Translations under genes and position numbers: made by a program | Notes under the pieces: model-generated | What the model saw: only the letters and a program-made list of their open reading frames with translations | What the model was told of the DNA's origin: nothing | Database searches by the model: none | In this document: one piece after another, positions 41,347-56,472 of the stretch | How positions within the stretch are numbered: position 1 is the stretch's first letter | Layout of the letters: each line of letters opens with the position of its first letter | Origin: Octopus vulgaris | Taxonomy: Eukaryota | DNA length: 64,000 bases | Direction of reading: 5' to 3' | Assembly: GCA_951406725.2 (NCBI GenBank) | Contig: OX597820.1 | Location: 124,496,001-124,560,000, forward strand

Positions 41347-42925
41347 CATATATATATATATATATATTAAATACAAAAACAATACAAGGACGGGTCATTC
41401 GAAGCTTTATATTCTCAGTCAAGAACCAGATCATCCTCGCAATGCATGTGTGTGTGTGTATACATAGTATAAAAAGGATTATCTTGGCGAATACCGTATT
41501 ATCTTTCAAACTGGTTTAGATGCCGGCTATCCACAACAGCCAATTATATAGTAGTCAAGCTAAGAAAGAGATACTGATACTGGTAGATTTCACTCGTTAG
41601 ATAATTCCGTGTTCCTATTGAGAACTGCGACTATTCCGTAGAGTGTCTAATAACGTTGATAACGAAGAGGAGTATGGAGATTTTATTCAAATCCGAAAAC
41701 TTCATTATTTAACGGTTTTCTGCATCACATACATCTGACCTACATAAGTTTCAACTGTATTTAATAAATATACATACATGCCTATAGCTTGTAAGATATT
41801 CATTTACTTGGTTTAAAGTTCCAATGCAAATACTTCTCCAAATTCTGATTATCAGCTTTTCCTAACCTTACATTCAATATTTTTTGCACTATTTGTGTTT
41901 GCTATTGTTGTCGACAAGGCTATTGGCATCTTTATGAAGGTTGATGCATATGTTGGTAACTTGACACTAGAGATGTGTCATCCGCATCATATATGTAGCC
42001 GTGCTAATAAACTGAAATGGATAAATGAATTCTGGAATAATATTTATTTATAAAGTATGCATATTTTCATGCGGGAATCAGACATTCACAGCATGCGTTA
42101 TGCCACATGTGGTAAATGTAGATATAGTCAAGAAATACATTTTTATCTCGCTAGGGTAAAATCAAGAGTAAAAATAGAGATGATATTCAACATAGAAAAA
42201 GCATGGGCAAATTATGAACATAGTTTGAAAGTAGCAGTAATATACGCAGATCGAAAAATATAAAATCAAAGGCACGGTGATAAAGCCTTTAAACACAGAA
42301 CAAGTTTTCAGAAAGACAAAAAATTTAAGCAATAGTAAAAGGGAAAAAGGATCCGAAGCTCATCTAGTGAATAGAGGAAATTCATACGAGAACTACAGCA
42401 GCGTAAATATAGATATAAATGAATATGTTGAGTTACATCTAAGTATAGAAATCTAAATTTCAAACCCATAAATATGACAATATACTATATTTGTGTTTTG
42501 AGGATCAACGTAAATCTATACGAATTGCAAAATAGAAATGATTGAACCACGATATAGGTTAAGATAATGACATTAGAAATATATGCAGGTAAATATATAT
42601 ATATATGCAGGTTGAACAGGCTAATCTCTGCAGTAGTTATAGCAGTATCAAAAGATGAGGTATCCAAGCACGAAATTAGAAACTTATTAGACAGAGAAAA
42701 CAGAAATGGAAAGATTGTTCAGTCTGTGGTTAAAATCTACAAGAAACAGAAGCACGTATAACATGAAAGATAAATAGTAAAGAAATAATACTTGGGGGAA
42801 ATTTAAAAACACCAAAGTCAAATGACTTTCCTTAAAGATCTAAGAATTATTCTTTATAGAAACATGAAAAATGAGATGCAGCACGGGATTTTGTCAGTGA
42901 AGAGGTCGCGGTCTCAAAGCGACGA

Positions 42926-42998
42926 AAATATTTTGACAAATTAAATATAAATGTTAAAGTGAATATTTTGACAAATTAAATTTAAATGTTGAAGTGAA
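42926..42998. repeat. ~36-bp tandem duplication
   Basis: AATATTTTGACAAATTAAATWTAAATGTTRAAGTG twice. Confidence 0.8.
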
Positions 42999-45900
42999 TC
43001 TAACGGATTTTGTGTGTTTCTTAAATGGCTTATTTCAACACTGTAATTCTTTTCGTTCCAGCAAACGATCTCAGATCAGGTCACTTGCTATGCAAATACA
43101 TCTCCGTAATATTTACATTCCTGACCAAAATATCTCCCTCCAATAAATAAGTAGTAAGGGAATATATCAATTCCACAGCAACTGGAAAATTAAAATACTC
43201 TATGGAGTGGTCGAGGCTAGATTGTTAGAAAAATAGAATATTTGGCACAATACAACGATTACAAGTACAACAGAAATCTAAGTTTATGTGTAGAATAAAT
43301 CATGAAATTAAACTCTTCCGCTTTTTCCTATTCATCGCGTATTGGCCAGGTAACGTATTTTTGTTTCCAAAATCATAGTGAACCACTTCTTATTCTATTT
43401 TAAATTCTTTACTAACATTAATATTAAGTTTTCGTCGTGTATTACAGTTAATTCATTGAGTTTTCATTTATTTCTTTTTGTTGGATATGACTGTGGAACT
43501 TCTCGTTTTGTTAGATATTTGAAAACTGAGCTTATACCCCAGGTTTTCGCATTAGTTCCTAGTTAAATGAAATGGAAAAGCATCTAAGAAATCAAATACA
43601 GAATATATAAGGGTAAAATTATATAAAAACTGTAAAAGCAGATTTGGCAGATATCCTAGCCCCTACAAAAGAGAAAATAATGAAATAGGATAAAAATGTC
43701 TTTCTTCACCAATTTTTTCAGTAATGTATCAATTTGAGATGATAACAATAACCAATTAACACCAATGATATACGAGATAATGAGTAGGTGACATTTTGAT
43801 TGTTTGTATTTTGAAAATGTTTACCGGACAAAATCACGTAGAATAAGTTTCTTTATTGACAGTAGCTAAAGCTGTATTGTATTTTACATTTATTCCAAAG
43901 ATATGTGTGTGAGTGTGTGTGTGTGTGTGTGTATGTGTGTAGGTATGTATGCATAGGTATATACATATATGTATATGTATATATACACATGTACATATGT
44001 ATGTTTGTTTGTATATATGTGTATTGATATGTATGTATATGCATGTGTATGTATTTATACACACATATATATGTATGTATATTCTAAAAAATCGATAGGC
44101 ATTTAGTATATTTAATATATTTAGTAATAATTCATAGCAATTTATAATACCAATGATTATCTAATAAACAAAACTCTATTAAAAATTAGAACATATATTA
44201 CTATATACATTTAGATATCTAAAATTATAAAATATAATACAAGTTTAAGATATTTAAATAAAATATAACAAAGTAGAACACATAATAAATTGTGGAAATA
44301 TATATTACGACAGGTAAATCGTATATAAATGGAAGTGATGTTTTAAAGAGTTTTTAAATAAACAATTTAAGGAAATATAATATAAAATATATTAGTGAAA
44401 ATATCTCATGTCAAAATAAAATTAAATATGGTAGAAATCCATTCCCGTTCACGAAATCATGTAAAATTATTGTGATTATGATTAAAATACATGGTAAATA
44501 ACTGTGTAAAATTGTATACATGGAAACGAAGTGACTCGACGAGAGATGATTGGTTTTGCTAATAATTATAACAAAAAGTAATCACGAGAGGGAACACGCT
44601 CAAGTATAAGTAATCATTTAAATTATTGAGCAAACACTACAACCTGTCTATGTTTGGAGAAGAACGCATCAGGATGATCGATCTTTCCGTAATCAACTTT
44701 ATCTTAGTACTGTTAATTTAAACACAGGGTATTTGAGCATAGCGTAAACATATGTCAGAACCAGAAGATGAGGAGACGCTAATGTAAACCCAATACACGA
44801 ATTAAATACATAAGAGAAATTTAGCGTTGTGTATATGTTTCTAAAACTAATATTTTAACAAATCCTCCGAGAAAACATTTGCAAATCTAAGAGGCATTTG
44901 GAAGAAGCTTCTCAAACTAAATACCCAGAATCACACACATACACAAAAGCAAATTCTGGTAAATAAACTACAACTCTGAAAGATAAGCTCGGCAAAAGAC
45001 TGAAGGCCTTATGATTAGGTTAAAACTGCTTTTCACTATACAATCCTTAGTGTACTATTAAATATTTGTTCCGCGTTTGCATGATAATGTCAGACCAGTA
45101 AAATTCAGTATCATGAAGACATACTGATGCTGGCTGAGGGTGAATGAAGTTAGTTCTCTATAGAAATTCAAATCAAATGGAAGAGCCATTCACAGATATC
45201 ATTCACCGTCAGATATAACAACTTACTCTATACAACTGGAACAGTGACAAAACGTGTTTGATGTGTCGCTATTTTATTGTAAAACAAAATGAGTACTCGA
45301 TGAAGGAAGTTCGTGGCGTAAAAGAAATCTAAAAAAAATTAAAGGAGAACAAGTATGGAAAATGAATCAAGGATGGAAGCTATACTAAACATGAAAATAT
45401 CTAGTAATAACATTACTTTCATTGTATGCTGTTGAGTCCTAAATTTGCAGCAATAAGTATGTTCAAACATCATTACAAACCTATTTTTCGCGAGATGATC
45501 GCTCTGTCGGTTTGAGATCTAAGTACTCCACAGTCATATACGGCCTTAAAAGAATTCTCTACTGGAATCAGCTTGAAACAATATACAATAAGGCTTGATA
45601 TTACAATTACATGTGAAATTCATCCGATTGATTTCAAAACGGTTTCCATGAACCAAATATCGCTGCAAGTCTTGGATCGATTCAAGGCTATGATAAAGAA
45701 TCATCGTTCCGAAATTCCGTTTAGCGGAATCGAACATTACCCCATGTTTGCAAAGCGACACTCTGACCCCACTAAGTATAATTACGCCCATTTTTCAGAG
45801 TAATCTATCTGGCATACCCAATATGTGTGACACCCCTCTTTGTTGACTCATAAAGTCTAGGAAAATGGATTACGATTCTATCGTTATTTAATATGAAAAA

Positions 45901-46834
45901 GAGAATCAGTGAAAAGACAAACATACTGACACACACGCCGATATTTTTTCCCAAATTTAAAATTTCAAGTTGTAGATATAAATGTGTGTCATTGTATAAC
46001 TTAATGGCTTCATCAAATTTGTTTTTCTTATTAAGTTCCGATACACTCGTACACAAACATAAGGTAGGTATAGGAAATTTCATTAAAATATACTTAATTT
46101 TCTGGAAGTTATGAGGAAAAAAATCGGTCGCTTGCTAATTTTCCAAAACCGCTCTCCCTGCTCACGGAAAAATTATTTTCACAACAAATTCTGAGGTAAT
46201 CGAAATCCACAGTGTCTGAGGAATATTTGTAGAAAATTTAATTGAAAAATATTAATTTTTCTGGAAGGGGGAACTCATGAGTTACCATGCTTTCTATCTA
46301 TCCATGGCATTATCAAATGTGTCCCTTGACCTTTTAAAAGCCAATGTAATTTCAACAGAGGGTGATTAGCTGATAAATCTAGTACGAAGAGTTACTGCAT
46401 AAATGTCCTTTTGTTGTTTTATTTTTATTTTTTTCTGCTTGAGAAAAATATTTTGTATATACAACACTTTTGTTGACTGCTTCAGGTGTGCCCTACTTTT
46501 CATGCTTTAGGTGTGCCCTAATTTGCTGACATAGTCCACTATCACTGGAAGTTGTATGTAAACTTCTGCTACCCAAGTATGTAAATTTATAATTTTGACA
46601 AATGTTAACATTTTGAAATTATCATCCTTTTTTAATGAATAATACTTATTTCTTGTTTTCTTTTCTGAAATTAAAATTCAAATTTTGATGAAATTAGATT
46701 TGTTGGTGCGTGTGATTTAATACTATACGCTTTACATGTTATATTCCAGATCTTAGTTTAATGATCTCTGCCCTGTTTGTATCTTGATTTGTTTGGAATA
46801 TTTTCATTCACTAAATGGGGTACTACTACAATTA

Positions 46835-49112
46835 CACTGGTCAACAAGTATTTTTCACGGAGCATATGTCAAGGGGTACTTAGTGTAAATTTTAATGCTG
46901 ATTTCAAATATACAATTTGGCTTTATAAATCACGTACAGTTTTCAAGATGAGAATGTTTTTTGATCATATTTCATGCGTTATATATAAATTCCAATTAAT
47001 GACATGTGTGCATGTATTTCATTTACATCATACCTTTAAAATAAACTTCATTATTCATTGCTGCATAGTTCAGATGCAATATTTCATCATCTTAAATTAA
47101 CCAATCAAGTTTTGTCTGATGAAATATGTATTTCAACATCTTAAATTGTCCAGTCATATTTGGTCAGATGAAATAGTTCATCATCTCAAATTCAATATAA
47201 TTATAACCGTTTGTATCTATTTATTTACTTGTTTTAAAGAGTCAACAATATCAAGACGGTGTAGTAATCGTCCTCATGTGTTTTGTCATGTCTGTGGACA
47301 ATTTATTGTGAAAGCTGAATAACGTACAATAACACCAGAGTTCAAGAAGGTTTATAAGCTGTACCTTGACCGTACTCTCAGAGATCAGGACAAGTTATGG
47401 CCACCACATTTTATCTGCTCAGCTTGCTTAAATGGCTTACGTAACTGGTTCGATAATAATAAGAAGTTCATGCCTTTTGCAATTCCAATGATGTAGAGGA
47501 AGCAGAAAGACCATTTTAATGATTGTTATTTTTGCAGAATAAATATCACAAGATTTTCTATGAAGAATAAACGCATAATTTTGTATCCCGATATCGATTC
47601 TGCAATGAGTTCTGTGCCTCACAATGGAAATTCAAGTTCCAATTCCACTTCCACCAGACGATGGTATTGGAACATTAGATTATGATGCTGGCTGTCACGA
47701 TAGTGGTGCTGAGGAATATTACATGGCTGATGACGATAGGTTTCAACCTCAGAAAATTTCCCAAGTTCAACTAAATGACCTTGTCAGAAACCTATTCCTC
47801 TCCAACGATAAAGCAGAACTGTTGGCATCAAGAATGAAGGAGAAGTGTCTACTAGAGCACGGTATTCGTATAACTTATTTTCGGCAGAGAAATAGCCCGC
47901 TTTAGTTTTGCAGTAACATCGATGGACTTTTTGAATGTGTATCACAAAATCATGATCCTGCAGAGTGGCGTTTGCTTATTGACTCTTCAAAATGAAGTTT
48001 AAAAGCTGCACTTCTCCCTAATGGTAATTGGAAGTTCTCCATTGCTATTTTACACCCCGTTCATTTTCATGAATCATATGAGCATATGGAACCGTTACTT
48101 ATACAGTTGCCTATGGAAGATACACATGGACAATATGTGGAGATTTAAAATTCATTGAAATGTTAATGAGGATGTAGTCAGGTTTCACAAAATACTGTTG
48201 TTTCTCTTGTCTATGGGATAGTGGAGCAACTGATAGATATTATTCGGAATCAAACTGGCAGACAAGAACATCATACCAACTCTTGTGGGTCCATGTATGT
48301 CTCATTGCCACCTTTGCACATAAAGCTTGGACTGATGAAACAGGGGAGAGAAATGCCAGAGGGTTTGAGTATATTGTAGAGACGTTTCCCAAAATCCCAC
48401 AAGCGAAGTTGAAAGAGTGTTACTTTATTGGACCCCAAATTAGGGAAGTACTCAAAGATGTCAATTTCAAGACAACACTGGATGAATTAGAAAAGCCTGC
48501 CTGGAATGCTTTCAATTGGATCTGTGAGAATTACCTGGACAACAAAAAAGCAATAGACTGCAGGAATTGCATCAAGAATCTTCTGGAATGTTACTCAGCA
48601 ATGGGTTGAGGCATGTCACTGAAAGTTTACTCCTTGGATTCTCATCTGGATTTCTTCGCAGATAACCTTGGAGCAGTGTCTGATGAACATGGTGAAAGAT
48701 TTCACCAGGGCATTAGTGCTACGGAGAAACGTTACGAAGGCTTCTGGAATGATAACATGCTGGCTGACTTAACCGTGCTCAACAAGATCAACCGCAGGAA
48801 ATCCAAACCACAATGTTTCTAACGCCGTTGTTCTAACTTTGATTTGTCTGACCCATTTTTTGTGTATTCATTTTTGTAGAATGATAGTTATGATTTTTAA
48901 TATAATAAACTCATTTACATTCTAACAATAAAATATCTTTCATTATCATGTTAATTATTTCATATATACAAATATTTTAATACTTGTATGTCTCTACTGA
49001 AAAACAGATACGTGTTGCATACAAATGGAGTGCAACTTTGAAAGCAATATGAAAAATGAGTCTTGCCTTGCATTCATAATGAGTAGAATGTACTTAATTT
49101 TGTTGACTAGTG
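46835..49112 (+). mobile_element. Chapaev3-type (CMC) DNA transposon, full length but decayed
   Basis: TTA|CACTGGTCAACAA ... TTGTTGACTAGTG|TTA: 13-bp TIR with 1 mismatch, CAC...GTG termini, 3-bp TTA TSD; encloses a transposase. Confidence 0.88.
47248..48822 (+). pseudogene. Chapaev3-like transposase pseudogene
   Basis: RCSNRPHVFCHVCG, DQDKLWPPHFICSAC, DHFNDCYFC, WRLLIDSS, ICGDLK, PPLHIKLGLMK, GAVSDEHGERFHQ; many stops and frameshifts. Confidence 0.88.
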
Positions 49113-50844
49113 TTATTTGAATTAATGTATGTTCTGTATTAACTATATATTACTGCTTGTAACTCTGCTTGGTTCTTAAAAAAATATAATTCCCTTATTT
49201 AATCGGAGCGGTCCTGCATTGCTCTTCATGTTGTTGGTTCTTTTTTTATCTTTTAGGCACTCTGTCACATTATATTCAGGGTTGCATCGCCTCTCATATG
49301 AATCGATCAAGTTGTTATCACAAGTGAAATTTTCCACATATTAATACCAAATAAAATATTTACCCGTTTGAGAGACATTCTAAACGTAGCTTTCCATCTT
49401 TGTTTCTCTCCTAATGCATTGCTTGCTATGCCATTTCCGTTTTAATGAATTAAAATGTCTTTTGAGAGTTTTAATATATTAAAACAAGAAAATAGATTCC
49501 GATACTTTTCAAAGTAATATCAAAGTAGAAAGAGACACCGACTGCAGTAACAGTCTACGCGTTATTAACATATGAAAAGATGACTTAGATATGGTTAGTA
49601 ATTAAACAAGAAAAGATAAGAATTAATGAGACGAAAGCAATGCACAATTGCTTGTATACACCAAATGAATGCTGTCTGAAGCGCAGAATAAATGGTTTCA
49701 TGTAGTAATGTGGTTTTCTTGGTTAGAGATCATTTAGTGTAATTCTGCCTGTTATACAGCAAATGACAATACCAGCACTAACGTTTGCACTACACAAAAT
49801 ATTAATTGAACAGTTACAAAAGAAAACTAAATGCAGAGGAGACTTCATAGTATACAAAGGATAATCAAGTGATGCTGATGAATTAAAATGCATCCAAGTA
49901 ATCTGGAGAACTTACACAAGGTTAGAAACAAAAAAATAAGTTTTTAAAAATCAATGAGCATTGCGATGCGGTGAACATGCAAGGCAGGGATGGAATACAC
50001 TTTTCAATTCAGAAAATGTGGGCAAAAATGGTTAAAAAAAGAAACAATATTTAAACGTTCTTGTTCAATTATTTCACAGAAATATTGATTACATCACTGA
50101 AGCAGCAATGATTTTGGAATAAAATGTGAGAAGTCAGCAAGATAAGCAGGATCGAGGGGTAATTTTGTTTTTTTAGAAAATTCGGTTATAGATATGTACA
50201 TATTAGATATTAGCAAATATTTGCCATGAAAAACTTTATGTATCAATGTTTGATTATAAATATGTCTATAAAATATAGTTACGGTATGATAGAAATCCTT
50301 ACGCATACGTGAATAGAAATATGGAATATGGGAAGATTTCCATGGATTAATTAAGAAGAATGATTGGCAAGTAGAGTGCGTTAGATTACGATAAGAGATA
50401 ACGTGTTGATATAACTTTTATAGGCATTCGCTACAATAGATATCAGTCTTTGCTATGTATGTAATTGCGCAATTTCTCATCATTCTGCTGCTTGAATTAC
50501 TAGAGAAGTTGTAACATAATGATCCTTTCAGTACACTAACATAATGAGGTCTTAAATACAAAGTAGCAAAACGATGTACGACATGTTCACTGAAGATCAA
50601 GTAAGCCTCACACAAATGGCAATGGCCAGTTTAATTTGAATGTGACCTAGTTGTAATTATAATATCTAGAATTTGCAATTATACTATCACAGATTCTGCA
50701 AATATTTTCGATATGATACTTTAGAAGAGAACATTTTTAAATCAGCGGGGCATAATGGATTACTTGATCAATAATGTATTCTGTTCTACAAAACTAAATT
50801 TTTAATGATTTACAAAAAATATATGCGTGTGTATCTATCTATCA

Positions 50845-50889
<45 letters not shown>

Positions 50890-50905
50890 CATACATATAT
50901 ATATT

Positions 50906-50953
<48 letters not shown>

Positions 50954-51592
50954 TATATTTAAATATTTACACATACATATAGACATACAGACACACACAT
51001 GCAACGCACACACACATTCACATATATATATACACACACAAACACGCGCACATATGTGGCCCCAAAAACCTGGTTCAAAAGTCAGTATCATTAGACTGCG
51101 GCCGGCATAATAGAATAAGAGATATATTTATATATTCAAAAAGGTTCTCATTAACAGATTAGAAAAATTTTATATAAAAATATTTTTGTATGAAATTAAT
51201 AATACTCGTAAATACATGTCAACAAAACAATAGTAGGACCTAAAGACTATTTTATGTAAAGTAAAAAGAATGTCAAGTTCATTTATAATAGGAAATATTA
51301 TTTATCATAATTGCCTTCTGAAACGCTCTCACCTGCTCTAGATTCGCCTACAGCATCACTTGTAGAAGCGATCTCCAATTCACAAATAATCGTAGACGGA
51401 TTTAAAAAAAAAAATTCTAGATTACAAGCTTTTCCTCTCCCTATAAACTTTTTGCCATCAGAAGAAACATTTGTACCTCTTTGAAAATCGTATTCAAGGC
51501 GTTATACTAATGTCGAAATGCCTAATCGGAAAAAAAACTCGTGAACACGGGGTCTTGTAATGAAGATCCTCACTTTACGAGGACCCGATTAA

Positions 51593-51669
<77 letters not shown>

Positions 51670-52140
51670 ATATATATGCATATATATACTACATATGTGG
51701 GAAATTCTGTATGTGGGTGTGTTTGTTGAGTTGTTAGCTAACTGCTCGATTTTATGAAACTTGACACGTGAGTAGAACACATGTCTGAAAACCCAATGGC
51801 ATACTCAGATTGTTGAAGAAAAATCGATAATAGGGCTCATGGACGGGATCCTTATATATATCTAATATATTTTCTTTTAACAGCCAAGGGAAATAACCCG
51901 CTTGCACCTGGAAGTGATCCTTATATATAGACAAGGGAAATAAGTAATTTACATTCTTAAATTATTTGGTATAAATGAAATTGCGTATGCATATTTCTTA
52001 GTATTTGAAGTGTTAGAGCTATTTTCGCTATTTATTCAGTACAGCCCTTAAACAAGTAAATAGTATTTTATTAAACAACAGATCCCCTTATTTAGGTTAT
52101 ACACGAAGATACCGACACTAGCGCCGTTGAGGGTAGTATT

Positions 52141-52400
52141 CTCTGGGAACGCACAAAGGTACTTTTCAGATTTATTTACTTTGAATTATTACCTCATATC
52201 TGATTAGCGTGTCATTACGTAACCTGTTTCCCGATTTTAGTATACATACATTATCAGTATTTCCTCCTAAGTTCTATATACTCTGGGAACGCATTAAAGC
52301 CCCTTTTGCGGCTACTTTATTTGAATTCTTACTATCAGGTAACTAATTTCATGTTATTACATAACTGACTTCATAATTTCAGTATTCATAACTTATGGGA
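52141..52400. repeat. Old ~140-bp tandem duplication
   Basis: CTCTGGGAACGCA...TTTGAATT...ATTAC.TAAC...AGTAT at 52141 and 52281. Confidence 0.65.
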
Positions 52401-52553
52401 ATTCCTAAAAACAAGATCCTGTGTATGACAGTTCGGTATTCTCTTTAAAGGAACAAACAACGTTTGAAGGGCTACATACTTGTTTTGTTGTTATTGGATT
52501 TGCATAACAATTTTGAGAACTGATCCAAGGATAAACCCCGCTTTCCCGAGCTA

Positions 52554-52624
<71 letters not shown>

Positions 52625-52625
<1 letters not shown>

Positions 52626-52790
52626 GCGCAGGAGTAGCTCTGTAGCAAGGAGATTGTCTCCCAACCACATAGATCCTGGTTCAGTCCCACTGCGTGGCAT
52701 CTTAAGCGAATGTCATATACTATAGTCTCGGGCCGACCGAAGCCTTGTCAGTGGATTTGAAGGACGGAAACTGAAAGCAGACCGTTGTAT
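52625..52790 (+). mobile_element. SINE S1 5' half
   Basis: GGTTCAGTCCCACTGCGTGGCA...GACGGAAACTGAAAG. Confidence 0.8.
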
Positions 52791-53417
52791 TTATACATAT
52801 ATATTTATATATGTACTTTATAATCATAAAATCTATTACACTCCATTAAAATAAATCGTATGTTATTAAAATTTCGCAAAAAATAATTTTGTAAAATAAT
52901 TTATAATTTCGGTTGTACTTTAGTAAAAGAAATGAGCAAATAAAAATTTATGAATCAAACAAACTCATGAGAACGAACGTGATTTTGAAAGCTCCATATA
53001 TTCTAGGTAAAATAAAAAACAAACAGTATGTCCGAACTAAACACTTCCTCTGGAAGACCTTACCTTTCTATCTCCTTACATACTTTTATCATTCTTATAT
53101 GTGTTACTTAAACCTATATCTCAAATAGCATCATCTCCAACAGAATTCAATGAATATAAAATAAAATGCCGACAGCCCCAAATAGTTGTAAGAGAAACGG
53201 ATATATATAAATTGAATCTCAAGTGAATCGGACTCTCCTAGTATCTATTCGCCAACAGGACATTACTTCTTATAATTGTTAATCAGACGTTCCCCAAGGA
53301 GAACAGCATACAATCGTTGGATATAATTCTGAATAAATGTTCTTCTATAACAATGAACTTCGTTCCGATTGTCTCAGTGGAATATACCAATATACTAGCA
53401 TGTAATTACCATATATG

Positions 53418-53457
<40 letters not shown>

Positions 53458-53461
53458 TACG

Positions 53462-53521
<60 letters not shown>

Positions 53522-53641
53522 GTATATATGAGAGGATATATATATAAGCAAATACCTTTTCATATTTAAATATAAGAGTATATATATATATATATATTGA
53601 AATGCACATGCAGAGATATAGACTGACAAACACATATATAC

Positions 53642-53682
<41 letters not shown>

Positions 53683-53732
53683 TGTATGTACATATGTGTA
53701 AATGTAATATTTGACAATTATTCGGTAGCCAT

Positions 53733-53793
53733 GATAAAACTCCGAGTTTCGGATGCCGAGGTGGAAATCCACGCCACCATCTCTTCTGTTATC
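53733..53793 (-). ncRNA. Type I hammerhead ribozyme motif with one core mutation
   Basis: Minus strand GATAA-CAGAAGA-GATG..GTGG(ATTT)CCAC..CATCC-GAA-ACT(CGG)AGT-T-TTATC; 5-bp stem I; CAGAAGA replaces CTGAAGA. Confidence 0.7.
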
Positions 53794-54788
53794 CAGCCAG
53801 CGAAAAAAACGCTATGAAAAATGACCGTTATACAAAGGGAATTTACTGTGTTATTGACCGCTATTTAGACAACAGATCTGTTCAAATGACCGGCACGTAT
53901 GATAAGGGGTTAAAAAGTTCATAGTATTCGCGTAAGCGCGCCTGTTCACACCTAAACTTGTGCGCCCACACAACTACGTGCATACGCATACATTCATCCA
54001 CCCTCACTTGGAAAACGTACACATCCTCACTCGAATCCTTCGCCAAATGTATATGCCGATATATACAAGCCCCCCCTCACCCCACACACACGCACGGTAA
54101 AAGTTCATACATACGTCTACATACCTCATAAGCACAAGACAAAACAGGGTTAAGGATAACAATACAGAAGAGCAGCATAAGAGAGTATACAAAGAGTAAA
54201 CCACGTCTATATACGAACATACCCGTATGCACACATACACGCCCATATACGCACATACCCGCACACGTTTATTTACGCACACACGCACAAAAAGGATTAT
54301 ATATATATATATATATATACCAGCATTTGGACCTCCTTATGCGTGTGCGATTAGTGGACGTAAATAACTGTGTATAATGTGTATCAGATAGTGTGTGTCA
54401 AAACAGTGTTATTTTCAATGACTTTTAAGAATGACTGTAATAGAATTCGTCTCACCTGTACATATGAGCGAAGATGCAATATAACACAAAACGTATTTAT
54501 TGACAATCATATTAGTATCAATCATTTGCCAATGAACAATAATATCTGAGTGTGAATTAGCTGTGTCTATCACAGTTTTAAATTAATCAATGTAATCTTC
54601 ATGTTTCCGCTGAATTTTTTATTCAAGTCGAAATATAGGATATGATGAAGCAAGGTGGGAAATATAATAAATTACTTGGCGACTGTTACAGTCTAGCGTG
54701 TAATGTTTTGATATATTATGCAAATTTCAGTTGAGTATGCTTCAAAATATACGCATATACTAAACATGTTTGTCTGTCTATCTGTCTG

Positions 54789-54917
<129 letters not shown>

Positions 54918-54968
54918 TATAGATAGATAGATAAGAAAGTTGGTTTGTGAAAGCACGTGGTAGAATAT

Positions 54969-56472
54969 ATAGAAAATAGTAAAAAGTGAAAAAACTACAG
55001 AAGGCTTAAAGGTTAAAAAATATCATTCTGTATTCTGGGAATGCAATCTGTTGTCGATGCAGACTAAGTCTATTTATGGACATCCTCCTGAAACCCTTCC
55101 TTAAACATATCGATAGCCATATCAGAGATGACTTAGTTATGTTAAACCACCTTCCAAAAAAAGCCAAGGAAGAAACAATCCTGGTTTCATTTGATGTAGT
55201 TAACTTATATACCAGTATACCTCATAATTATGGACTAGAGGCAATACAGTTCTGGCTGGACCAATTTCCGGAAGAAATACGAAAAAGGATCAGTAAAGAA
55301 TTCATTACTAAATTAATTGAATTCATCCTACATAATAACCACTTCATGTTTGACAATACATTTTACCGTCAAAAATCCGGAATTGCTATGGGTACAATGG
55401 CAGCACCAGTCATTGCGAACCTAACAATGGGCTACATGGACATAATCATTTACCAGGAATCTTTATCAATCTTTGGAAACCCCCTTTCTCAATACATAAA
55501 AGAGAATTGGAAACGATTCTTAGACGATTGTTTTATACTCTGGAATGAAAACACAGATAAACTCCTAAAATTTAAAAACCTATTGAACAGCATAAACCCA
55601 AATATACAGTTCACAATGGAATACAACCAAAAGGAGCTCCCTTTCTTGGATATACTAATTAAAAAAATTAACCTTAAAATAGAAACAGACATTTTTTACA
55701 AAGCCCCAGACGCCAAACAATACCTTCTTTTTAATTCATGCCACCCAAGACACACTAAAACAAACATCCCCTTCAACCTTGCAAGAAGGATATGCACAAT
55801 AGTGTAAGAACAAAATACCAGGAACTTTAGACTGCAAGAACTCAAAAACACCTTAATTGACAGACATTACCCAACTCAACTAATAGATGATGGGATCAGA
55901 CGTGCAACAGAAATCAACATAGAAACTTTAAGAAAAGTTCAACACAACAACATACCTTCCCCGAAAATACTACCTTACATATCTACATACAACCCCAGAA
56001 ACAAAGAAGCCTTCACCCAGAATTTATCATCACACAGAATTTACCAATACTTCATAAGGACCCCAAATTAAAGGAAATTCTAAACATACACCAAATCATT
56101 AAAAGCTACAAACAACCTAAATCACTTAAAAAGATTCTCACAAAGGCAAAATTGTTTTCTGAAATTACGGATGCAAAGGTAAAAAAAATGTGGTAGATTG
56201 AACTGTGCAACATGTCCAACCTGCTAGAAGGATCAGAATTCCTCTTTAAAGAGGGACATAAATTCAAGATCAAATCTAACTTTACTTGTGCCTCTGAAAC
56301 ATAATTTATGTCATAAAATGCTCGGGCTGCCACCAAGACTACGTGGGATCCACGGGACTATCACTCAGACGTAGATGCACACTACATCGACAACAGATTG
56401 CATTCCCAGAATACAGAATGATATTTTTTAACCTTTAAGCCTTCTGTAGTTTTTTCACTTTTTACTATTTTC

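Noticed and set aside
45546-45791. ORF with a faint LRR-cap look (GNRF...CNCNI)
   Set aside because: Spacing is wrong and there are no upstream LRR repeats; probably chance
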